In this document: one piece after another, positions 8,995-17,295 of the stretch
Numbering within the stretch: position 1 is the stretch's first letter
Layout of the letters: each line of letters opens with the position of its first letter
Source of the DNA: a virus
Lineage: Duplodnaviria > Caudoviricetes
DNA: 64,000 bases
Virus record (IMG/VR): IMGVR_UViG_2556921664_000001
Coordinates: 1-64,000 of that record
Reading direction: 5' to 3' (one strand)
The notes under the pieces: model-generated
Told to the model about the DNA's origin: nothing
The model's input: the letters and a program-made list of their open reading frames with translations, nothing else
The model's database searches: none
Position numbers and translations under genes: made by a program

Positions 8995-10481
8995 TTCAGC
9001 TCAAATATGATTTCCTTTTTGGATAGCACAACTACCCTGTCTACTATTGCTGTAAAAATGTTATCTGAAAACTCTTTCTGTACACCTTTCTTATCACATA
9101 TGCCGATAAGTTCCCTAAGTGCTGTTTTACGGTCCACTTTACTTCTAATGTTTTCACCCACGCGAATCTTATCCCTGGCTTTACTTATTTTTATCAGCTC
9201 TGGTAATATTACCGAACTGCTGAGATTATGTTTTGCCTGCATCTCAAGAAGTAACGCCTCTTGGGAATTCAGTCTATCCAGTTCAGATTCATTGTTCTCG
9301 CAGTGCGGAATCTCAGTGTTACTCAAGTCACTAAGCATTGTTTTTAAAACCCTGTTCTTGATACATATCAGCTTATTTACCATGGTACAGAATGCGTCCT
9401 TCAAGGCTGCCTCTTTTATTGCCTTCATAGAGCACTTTGATTTATCCCTTATGTGCTCCGGGCAGGCCAGCAACGGATACTTAATGTCTCCAGTATGCTG
9501 GATTTTATGTCTGAGTACACTATTACATTCTCCGCAACATACTTTGCCGGAAAAAGCATATCTTTTCTTATACTTGGTAGGGGCTTCTTTTGCCTCTTCC
9601 CGCAGTTCGGCGAGTTTCTGCAGTCTATCAAATACTTCCTGGGAAATAATTGCATCGTGATGCTTCTCACAGTAATATGCATCCACATTATTTTTGTTCT
9701 TGTGGCGTTTCCCGTCACTGCCAATATAGGTGGACTGGAAGATTATATTTCCAGTATAAAAAATGTTGTTCTGTATCCTTTTTACTGTGGATGCGTCCCA
9801 CTTTTTTCCTCTTGGGGATGGTATTGAAAGCTCATTTAACTTTTTTGCAATGGCATAACCTCCCAGTCCATCAAGTCCACATGTAAAGATTTTCTTCACT
9901 ATTTCCGCCTTTTCATTATCCAATTTAATGACACCTTCTTCATATATGTAGCCGTAAGGCGGTGAAACCATCTTGTAAGTTCCATCCTGGAATCGTTTCT
10001 GAATTCCCCACTTTATATTCTCTGATAACGACTTTGATTCATTTTCAGCCAATGCACTTACAACTGACATATAGAGCTCTGCATCCATATCCTTTGTATT
10101 GATATTATCCTGCTCAAATTTTACATATATGCCTTTTACAGCAAGTGTCCTGACTGTTTCAAGACAATCCAATGTATTTCTGGCAAATCTGCTGATTGAC
10201 TTTGTGAGGATAAAATCTATCTTTCCTGCTATGGCATCACTAACCAACTGCTTAAAACCATCACGTCTGTTTATGGAGCGTCCGCTGATACCATCATCAG
10301 AATACACTCCTACAAAGGACCATTCCGGGTGTGCCCTAATGTACTCCTCATAGTGCTTCTTTTGGTTATCCAGGCTGGCCAACTGATCAGCGTCTGAGGT
10401 AGAAACTCTACAGTATGCAGCAACCTTCAGTTTATTCTCAGGTCTTTTATCAATAATTTTTATTGTAGGCATTGGAACCAC
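8955..10481 (-). CDS. Large serine recombinase (508 aa)
   Basis: VAAYCRVST, SRFARNTLD, PPYGY, CGEC...C Zn ribbon. Confidence 0.95.
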   Translation of the reverse strand: MVPMPTIKIIDKRPENKLKVAAYCRVSTSDADQLASLDNQKKHYEEYIRAHPEWSFVGVYSDDGISGRSINRRDGFKQLVSDAIAGKIDFILTKSISRFARNTLDCLETVRTLAVKGIYVKFEQDNINTKDMDAELYMSVVSALAENESKSLSENIKWGIQKRFQDGTYKMVSPPYGYIYEEGVIKLDNEKAEIVKKIFTCGLDGLGGYAIAKKLNELSIPSPRGKKWDASTVKRIQNNIFYTGNIIFQSTYIGSDGKRHKNKNNVDAYYCEKHHDAIISQEVFDRLQKLAELREEAKEAPTKYKKRYAFSGKVCCGECNSVLRHKIQHTGDIKYPLLACPEHIRDKSKCSMKAIKEAALKDAFCTMVNKLICIKNRVLKTMLSDLSNTEIPHCENNESELDRLNSQEALLLEMQAKHNLSSSVILPELIKISKARDKIRVGENIRSKVDRKTALRELIGICDKKGVQKEFSDNIFTAIVDRVVVLSKKEIIFELKCGLRLRERLVRA

Positions 10482-10503
10482 CTCCCTTCATCAGCATGAG
10501 ATA

Positions 10504-10749
10504 TTACCTCTGTAAATCAGTTGTATCAAGTGATTTAGGCAACAAGTCCACTGAAATTATAGGAAAGGAGTCTTTATTTAACTCAGTTATTTCCTTATAC
10601 TGTGGAACTGAAATTAGGCCTTTATCTAGCAGTCCTTTAGTGAGCTTTGAAGCCAAGAGCCAACCAACCTCTATATAAAATTCATCCTCGGTAAACGGTA
10701 TAGCTTCAATATGAGTACAAGCTGTGTTCTCATCCATAATCAAAAACAC
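10504..10749 (-). CDS. Small SHOCT-like protein of the kind that precedes triple-recombinase cassettes
   Basis: LLDKGLISVPQYKEITELNKDSF pattern; position directly upstream of the recombinases. Confidence 0.65.
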   Translation of the reverse strand: MFLIMDENTACTHIEAIPFTEDEFYIEVGWLLASKLTKGLLDKGLISVPQYKEITELNKDSFPIISVDLLPKSLDTTDLQR

Positions 10750-10884
10750 CTCCTGATTATCACTGGAGGTTCATTCCATTTTTGAGCATAAAAAATTACC
10801 GGGTTTAAAACCCGGATATTTGCTTTATCCCACTATAAGGAGTATACTTGCTATTGTTTACTCAATATTCACAAAGGATTTTTT

Positions 10885-11286
10885 ATGTATACCTATCTAA
10901 AACCAGTAGAGACCAAAAACGAGTTATTAACCCATACCAAAATTGTAGATATGGTACGCGATAAATACGACATATGCTCAAGGCAAAATAGTAAATCCAG
11001 CGCACCCAAAGGACTAATTTCCGACCTGCTATACATATTCAACGATGAAGCTAATCGAGTATTTTACACATGCTATGATTCATTCAACAATAACATCAAG
11101 CGCATATTTACAGGGATAGACAGCGTAGAAGCAGTATTTGACAAGATTGATACTCTCCTAAATGAAAATTCTGCCATATATGTGAGAACAAAAACTAAGG
11201 ACCACCTTCTTACCCATGCTGAAGTTCTAATCACCCCTGAAATGCGGAAAACTTCCCCAATAATCGACATATACGATTTAGTATAA
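10885..11286 (+). CDS. Hypothetical protein (133 aa)
   Basis: ORF with AAAGGA RBS followed by a hairpin terminator. Confidence 0.6.
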   Translation: MYTYLKPVETKNELLTHTKIVDMVRDKYDICSRQNSKSSAPKGLISDLLYIFNDEANRVFYTCYDSFNNNIKRIFTGIDSVEAVFDKIDTLLNENSAIYVRTKTKDHLLTHAEVLITPEMRKTSPIIDIYDLV

Positions 11287-11326
11287 AAAGAAGCCATCGA
11301 AGCATCATTGCAACGATGGCTATTTT
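11286..11326. terminator. Bidirectional intrinsic terminator
   Basis: AGCCATCG/CGATGGCT stem flanked by A- and T-runs. Confidence 0.65.
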
Positions 11327-11329
11327 AAT

Positions 11330-11525
11330 ACACGACAACTTTGTATCATTTGTTCTGAGCCCTTACTCTGCTTGGCCTCAGAGTCCCATTTACATTACCT
11401 AATTGTAGCACCAAAAGCGGCAAGGCCAGCTGCCGCCCATCACTCCTGGTAGTGATGCCGATTAAGCAGAGAGGTAGTTCCCAGGCGCCAAGACTGCTTA
11501 ATAGCCTGTTCCGGTTCAGGTGATA
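11330..11525 (-). ncRNA. Candidate structured small RNA or leader element (five consecutive hairpins)
   Basis: Stems TCTGAG/CTCAGA, GCGGCA/TGCCGC, CATCACT/AGTGATG, ATTAAGCAG/CTGCTTAAT, CCTG/CAGG; extended -10 (TGcTACAAT) at 11531-11539 on minus; no long ORF. Confidence 0.45.
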
Positions 11526-11621
11526 TGTATATTGTAGCAGATATTTAGTTTTAAGTTAATAAAGGTTTTTAGGATTTAATGTAGAATTGTATAAAGCAAT
11601 ATAGAAAGGCGAGGTGATCGT

Positions 11622-12377
11622 ATGGCTTTTGATCCTGGTTTAAACATAGGAGATGTATTGAATAATGCTGATATTGTCGAGAAGTTTAAGTGTAGCAATC
11701 AGAGCGGTATGCGTCGGTCAAAAACGACTAATACTTTGGTGCTAGTATCTGATTATACGAAGGGCATTTATCACGATAAGTGGATCGGTGGAGTGCTGCA
11801 CTATACAGGAATGGGGAAAAACGGAGATCAGGATATTAATTATGGTCAAAATGCCACACTTGCTAGATGTGATCATAATGGTGTTGATGTACACCTTTTT
11901 GAGGTTATCGATGAAGGTGAATACATTTATTGTGGAAGAGTAAAACTTGTAGATAAGCCATATAATGAGATCCAGACAGGGGAAGATGGTAATCCAAGAA
12001 AAGTATGGATGTTTCCTATTAGACCAGTTCCCGATAACGACGTAAAGAAACCTCCAATGTTCGTATTTGAGGATATGGAGGATTTCAAGAATAGAGGCAA
12101 AGACGTAGAGACTCGATATAGTAAGTATCTTGCTGATAAGAAGAAGAACGGAGGTAAGATTGCTTTTGTTCAGCCTGTTCCTCTAAAACCACAACCTAAA
12201 CCGCCGGTGATCATACCAGCAGATATTGTTGGGAAGAAGGTCAGTCATAAATCTTTTGGAACAGGAGTTATTACAGGTACGGAAGTAGGAACTATTGTTG
12301 TCAATTTTGATAAGGTTGGCGAGAAGAAAATGGGATATGAAATTTGTGTGAAGAATAAGCTCCTGCAATTTCTATAG
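11622..12377 (+). CDS. SRA/PUA-like modified-base-reader domain fused to a C-terminal PcrA/UvrD-Tudor-like domain; no nuclease domain seen
   Basis: GMRRSKTTNTLVLVSD...YHDKW...LHYTGMGKNGDQ resembles the N-domain of type IV HNH restriction enzymes; C-terminus VGKKVSHKSFGTGVITG...VNFDKVGEK. Confidence 0.7.
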   Translation: MAFDPGLNIGDVLNNADIVEKFKCSNQSGMRRSKTTNTLVLVSDYTKGIYHDKWIGGVLHYTGMGKNGDQDINYGQNATLARCDHNGVDVHLFEVIDEGEYIYCGRVKLVDKPYNEIQTGEDGNPRKVWMFPIRPVPDNDVKKPPMFVFEDMEDFKNRGKDVETRYSKYLADKKKNGGKIAFVQPVPLKPQPKPPVIIPADIVGKKVSHKSFGTGVITGTEVGTIVVNFDKVGEKKMGYEICVKNKLLQFL

Positions 12378-12490
12378 AAAAACTGGTGTAGGAGCACGTG
12401 AACACTAATTATTTTCATAGATATCATAGGGAGAGAGTTGCTTTATGGCTAGTTGAGAACAACTGCTGGGCATAGTAACAGACTTCCGAT

Positions 12491-12557
12491 AAAATGCCCT
12501 TATCATAAAAAAATCCCCCGGAAACAGCATCGTTGCTTTCGGGGGATTTGGCATTTT
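12491..12557. terminator. Bidirectional terminator between convergent units
   Basis: AAATCCCCCG/CGGGGGATTT stem nested inside AAAATGCC/GGCATTTT. Confidence 0.6.
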
Positions 12558-12718
12558 TATATGGTAATTAAGTTGATTTATCAGTGATGTGAATATGGGG
12601 TACCGGAAATCAGAGATTATTCTGTGGGACGTAAAATCCAATCTCTCCTATACCATACATCATTATTACTAGTATTTCCCCTTCTTTTGGCACATCTTAG
12701 GAATCGGGCAAGGAAAAA

Positions 12719-13210
12719 TCAAGAAGGAATTACTGCAACTGTCCCATCTTCACTGACTGCGCGACAACAATCCGAATATACTTCAATAAATGCATATCCC
12801 CCATGAAGAGCTATTCCTCTGGCCTTCTCCAATCCATCGGGAAGTGGCTGTCCCGCTTTATAGTGCTCAATAATTCCGCCTATTATGTCCAAAGTATGTA
12901 CTTCATAAGGCTTTCCTAAATAGCATTTGGAAACATACCCAAGCAAAATCCCCGACATTTCCAGTTCCGGGAATTCCAGACTGATTTTATTGATAATCTC
13001 ATCAACTTTACTCTGGTTCATTACATGCCCACCCGCATCAAGCTCATGGATGGCCTCAATATATTGCTTGCTACGTTTTTTGCGGAGCAAGCGATCCAAG
13101 CGAATCTTTTCCGCCTCACTTTGAATACGTTGTGTATTAGGTTGCAGCATTTGATTCAAATTAGTCTCTGACTTGTTCTTTTCTTGGACACGCAACATAG
13201 GCCTCGGCAT
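12719..13210 (-). CDS. Hypothetical protein (163 aa) with CYLGxPYEVH...EHY motif
   Basis: GGAGGGA RBS; last gene of the operon. Confidence 0.75.
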   Translation of the reverse strand: MPRPMLRVQEKNKSETNLNQMLQPNTQRIQSEAEKIRLDRLLRKKRSKQYIEAIHELDAGGHVMNQSKVDEIINKISLEFPELEMSGILLGYVSKCYLGKPYEVHTLDIIGGIIEHYKAGQPLPDGLEKARGIALHGGYAFIEVYSDCCRAVSEDGTVAVIPS

Positions 13211-13262
13211 ATCAATCCCTCCGATGTTTTTTTATTCGGCCGTTTACAAAAGTCTTTTTCAA

Positions 13263-14837
13263 TCATAAAAGCACCTTGCGAGTCTTTGGTCCACTTTGCT
13301 GGGCAATTTTCTCCCCGCCAATAGGTTTGCCGGAAGCTGGCACAGCACGCTCTTTTCCCCACTCGCGAATTGCCTCAATTTTTTCTGGGCTGGTCTGGGA
13401 CAATGGAATTACATTATTAAATGCTGTAATTATATTCTCCGAGGTCAGTGTAAAATTCTCATTTGCAATTGTCCTATATGCCAAATCGCGTACAGTGGAC
13501 TCTAAATCAGCACCAGTGAAGCCATCACTGATTTGAACAATTTTATCTGCAAACTCCCCGCTAAAGTCCATGTCCAAGTATTTTTTCATATAGAGAGCCA
13601 ATATTTCCCTGCGCTCATCAACTGTAGGAAGATCAACAAAGAACAGCTCGTCAAAACGACCACGCCGCAAAAGCTCCGATGGAAGCATAGAAACGTCATT
13701 CGCCGTTGCAACCACAAACACTTGCTTTTTACATTCCTGAAGCCAGAACAGGAACTGCCCTACCATTCTTGTGGATACGCCGCCGTCTCCGGCACCGCCA
13801 GTGGCCCCAGACAGACCTTTTTCAATTTCATCAATCCACAAAATACAAGGAGATACATTCTCCGCAGTAGTCAGAGCATCCTTAAGCTGCTGTTCTGACT
13901 GGCCCACATAGCTTCCCTGTACTGTAGCAAAATCCAATCGATAAAGAGGAAGTCTCCAATTAGCAGATATGGATTTTGCAGATAACGATTTTCCGCACCC
14001 TGGAACCCCCACCAGCAATATGCCTCTTGGTGGTAACAGACCCTTGGCACGCAACATATCTCTTTTTTCAGGCTTCATCAATTCCTTCTTCTCATCCAAC
14101 CAGCTCTGGAGCCCTTGCAATCCGCCCACATCTTTCAAACTGTCATCCACATCGATTTTTTCCAGCCCGGATATATCGGAAAATAAGCGATTTTTTGCAT
14201 ACCTAATTTCATCCATATCAGATTTTAAAATACGTTTGTTTGCAATCAGTGCCGCAATTACGTTTTCTGCCTCGATTTTGCTTACTCCTGCCAACGCAGA
14301 GGCTGCTTCCCGAATATCATTATTGTCCCATTCTATTTGGATTTCACTGCGATAATCGTCAATATACTCCTTAATAATGGAATACATTTCATCCTCTGTA
14401 GGCAAACCGATTTTTACAATCATCCCTTGCCGCTGCAAATGATTCCATACAGCATTGTGGGTCATAACAATCACGACCCCACCTGTTTCATTAGCCAGAT
14501 TTACCAATGCCAGTAATTGCTTTGATTCGCTGTTTTCAGTACTTATATCCGGAACCTCAGTCAACACAATGGTCAAATATTGTCTGCGCTGCATCTGCTC
14601 CGTTATATAATCTATGGCACCATAGAAGGATTTGTCTTCATTGACGACCTTGTCAGTAGTGATATCATAAATTCCCCTAGAGGATGTGTGTACTAAAAAT
14701 GACAGCTGCAGTTCCTCGGCCGTATTCTTGAGGATATCCAGTGTTCGCCCATGTTCTATGGTATGAATTGCAATAAAAGGTATTCTGGCGATAGAATATC
14801 TTTTTAACAGTTCCTTGCTTTTATTGATATCACTCAC
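13263..14837 (-). CDS. Ycf46-like AAA+ ATPase (degenerate N-terminal plus active C-terminal AAA module)
   Basis: [13 protein letters not shown] Walker [10 protein letters not shown] Walker B, ATAN...[19 protein letters not shown]. Confidence 0.9.
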   Translation of the reverse strand: MSDINKSKELLKRYSIARIPFIAIHTIEHGRTLDILKNTAEELQLSFLVHTSSRGIYDITTDKVVNEDKSFYGAIDYITEQMQRRQYLTIVLTEVPDISTENSESKQLLALVNLANETGGVVIVMTHNAVWNHLQRQGMIVKIGLPTEDEMYSIIKEYIDDYRSEIQIEWDNNDIREAASALAGVSKIEAENVIAALIANKRILKSDMDEIRYAKNRLFSDISGLEKIDVDDSLKDVGGLQGLQSWLDEKKELMKPEKRDMLRAKGLLPPRGILLVGVPGCGKSLSAKSISANWRLPLYRLDFATVQGSYVGQSEQQLKDALTTAENVSPCILWIDEIEKGLSGATGGAGDGGVSTRMVGQFLFWLQECKKQVFVVATANDVSMLPSELLRRGRFDELFFVDLPTVDERREILALYMKKYLDMDFSGEFADKIVQISDGFTGADLESTVRDLAYRTIANENFTLTSENIITAFNNVIPLSQTSPEKIEAIREWGKERAVPASGKPIGGEKIAQQSGPKTRKVLL

Positions 14838-14841
14838 AAAA

Positions 14842-15348
14842 CTACACCCCTTTCAAGGAATTTACCTTATTGTTACGCACTATGCTCAGCAACTTTCCGC
14901 TACGATCCCGTTTGGCGGAATCCTCCAATGAATGTTGCATCTTATCCGCCTGTTCTTGAACCAGCTCCTGCAGTTTTTCTCGATGCTCTGCTGGCAATAC
15001 TGGCAAATCGAGAGCCGCAGAAAGAAAACGCATTTCCTTTCTTACAGCCAAAATGGCGCGTACAATGGATGACTCACTCCCCATTGTTCTCCCCATGTCC
15101 TTTTGAAATTTGTCAGTAGCCTCATTCATCCGATGATTCACCGCATCAATCAATCTCTTGGAAAATCGTTCTGCAACACCCGATTGCCATTCCAATTCTC
15201 CATGTTGCATTGCCTCCAGTACATCTGTATCGTTTTCCCCGCCCTTAAAGAGCTCAATCACTGTTACCCATTCAGAATATTGGCGTGGCGCTGGTATCAT
15301 GTCTATCGCTTCCTCCTTACCGGCATTTGCGGCGGAACCAAATCCCAT
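14842..15348 (-). CDS. Hypothetical helical protein (168 aa)
   Basis: Overlaps upstream gene, ends 4 bp before the ATPase. Confidence 0.75.
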   Translation of the reverse strand: MGFGSAANAGKEEAIDMIPAPRQYSEWVTVIELFKGGENDTDVLEAMQHGELEWQSGVAERFSKRLIDAVNHRMNEATDKFQKDMGRTMGSESSIVRAILAVRKEMRFLSAALDLPVLPAEHREKLQELVQEQADKMQHSLEDSAKRDRSGKLLSIVRNNKVNSLKGV

Positions 15349-15515
15349 GAAGGCAAGCCCTGGGCAAATGCGCCCTTTGCCTCTTCGTTGATTTCTGAAC
15401 TGTCTGCCTCGTCAGATGCAAATGCCTGTGGATCAACAGTGGCATACCCTGGCTTCTTTTTTTCAGAGGTGTCGGCTACCCCGTTGATGAAATCAGCCCT
15501 CATCTTGGCATCCAT
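15303..15515 (-). CDS. Small hypothetical protein (70 aa) ending in WDLVPP..PVRRKR
   Basis: GGAGGAGAGG RBS; position within the operon. Confidence 0.65.
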   Translation of the reverse strand: MDAKMRADFINGVADTSEKKKPGYATVDPQAFASDEADSSEINEEAKGAFAQGLPSWDLVPPQMPVRRKR

Positions 15516-15530
15516 AATTTCCTCTCCTCC

Positions 15531-17255
15531 TTATACCCGAATAGTGCGCTTTGCCCCAGCAAGTCTCTTAACATATTGCTCCGGCTTAATCTGTTCCAGA
15601 AAATCCAATACCTTTTGGCTCTCCGAATCCCTATTGGAAAAATCCGCACGGAAGTCGACGACCTCCGCCAAAACAGCTCTAATCATTTGGCTGCCAGTTT
15701 TCACTTTTTTGGCAAATTGTTCCTCAATGTCCGCACGCACTTTTTCCAGTTCTTTCTTGCGTGAAAAATGCTTTAAGATACATCCGAATCCAGCCAATAC
15801 TACCACAACTCCCAATTTCCCGGTTTGGGCCATTATCAGGCCGACAACAATGAGCGCACCACCGCCGTAAAGACAAAATTTGTCAAATAGTGTGAGCACA
15901 TGAGGCGCAAGTGCCTGTTCTTTTTCGGCATCTACTTCCCCTTGGTATTTCGCTAATAATTCAGCCTCATTAGTCCCGTCGACGGTTGTCCCTTGGAAGT
16001 TATCAATTGTAAAAGGAATCTCATGAGGTATTTTCATCCGGTTTTTCGCAACAATATCTGTATAGGCATTGTAAATCCAATCCCTCGACAAAGCTATGGC
16101 AAGTTTTTGGGTTGATGGGCTGGCATGTGAACTTGCGGCATTCATAGCAGCATCAGTCAAAAGCTGGGTAAAATCCTTGCGGGATTCAAACGCTGATTTT
16201 TCCAAAGTCATATTTCTATTTGCACGGTCCTCATCACCATTGAATTTTACAATCAACATATCCAGCTGTTCCTGCCTGCGGAGCGGTAATTCTTCTTCAT
16301 CATAATCTGTCACAAGACTTTTCAATATACTATCCAGTTGTTGCTCAAGTTTCATGCTTGTAGAGGGCTGGGCAAAAATCTGAGAAAAATATTTCAGAAT
16401 TTTTTCGTGCAAACTAGCTCCTTCCAAAATATCTGCCATGACAGGCCACAATGCCGTATAGCGTCTAACATATTGGTAGGAAGACGTGTCGATTGGCGTA
16501 CGTTTTGCAATGATTGCATTGGACCACTGTCTTGTCTGCTGTTCAACAAAACCTGTTCTTTCAGATAAATATGCCAACCATTCGTTCATTTGTCTGGCAA
16601 CAAGTCCCTCCGTGTCCGCCCCGAACAAGCCGTTGGCATAAGCATCAAGTATTATAACAGCTGTGCGCTCAAGAGCTGCTGCATCCTGATTTGCCAAATA
16701 ACGTTGCAACCATTGAATACTTGCTCTTTTACGTGCAGCCCTACGGCATACCAACAGGAAAAATAAGGACGTCTTTGTGTCGCTTCTCCTGATTCCTTCC
16801 TTCAGTGCTCTTTCCGCCAGTTCCGGCTGATCGCTGATCCAGGCCGCCAAAGCAACAAGACAAGGAGCAAGCCAATATCCTGGTGTAGAAAGCATCAATT
16901 CCTCAGTAGCGGTGCTTATTGTTTCCTTTCTTACAATTCCCAAATCGTCCGCCTGTAAAATACCAGTGGCCGTACGACGAACAAGCTCGTAATGCCCAAA
17001 TTGACGTTCCAGTGTCTGCCGAACTTCTATAAGGTCAGTCTTTGCCCGTTGCAGATTATTAGCCAAATGCTGATACTGAATAAACTGTTGCAGGTCGTTT
17101 TTTAAAGTATCAAGGGTATCATCTACATCGCGCATGCGTTCATCCAAGCGACCAATGTCATCATTAATACGTTCCAAATCCCTGCTGATGTCCAGCAAAT
17201 TATCTTCAATTGTGCTAAGATCAGCTTCCTGAATTATCCGTTCACTCACGACCAT
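15531..17255 (-). CDS. Coiled-coil protein with C-terminal transmembrane hairpin (574 aa)
   Basis: N-terminal heptads over ~90 aa; hydrophobic CLYGGGALIVVGLIMA / LGVVVVLAGFGCIL; AAGGGGG RBS. Confidence 0.8.
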   Translation of the reverse strand: MVVSERIIQEADLSTIEDNLLDISRDLERINDDIGRLDERMRDVDDTLDTLKNDLQQFIQYQHLANNLQRAKTDLIEVRQTLERQFGHYELVRRTATGILQADDLGIVRKETISTATEELMLSTPGYWLAPCLVALAAWISDQPELAERALKEGIRRSDTKTSLFFLLVCRRAARKRASIQWLQRYLANQDAAALERTAVIILDAYANGLFGADTEGLVARQMNEWLAYLSERTGFVEQQTRQWSNAIIAKRTPIDTSSYQYVRRYTALWPVMADILEGASLHEKILKYFSQIFAQPSTSMKLEQQLDSILKSLVTDYDEEELPLRRQEQLDMLIVKFNGDEDRANRNMTLEKSAFESRKDFTQLLTDAAMNAASSHASPSTQKLAIALSRDWIYNAYTDIVAKNRMKIPHEIPFTIDNFQGTTVDGTNEAELLAKYQGEVDAEKEQALAPHVLTLFDKFCLYGGGALIVVGLIMAQTGKLGVVVVLAGFGCILKHFSRKKELEKVRADIEEQFAKKVKTGSQMIRAVLAEVVDFRADFSNRDSESQKVLDFLEQIKPEQYVKRLAGAKRTIRV

Positions 17256-17295
17256 CCCCCCTTGTATATCAAAAACGATTATTCATACTGCTTTA

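Noticed and set aside
11330-11525. tRNA, CRISPR array or type III toxin-antitoxin repeat array
   Set aside because: No cloverleaf or T-loop consensus, and no direct repeats with spacers
12405-12641. 78-aa ORF in the intergenic region
   Set aside because: It runs through a strong terminator hairpin, has no RBS and has atypical composition
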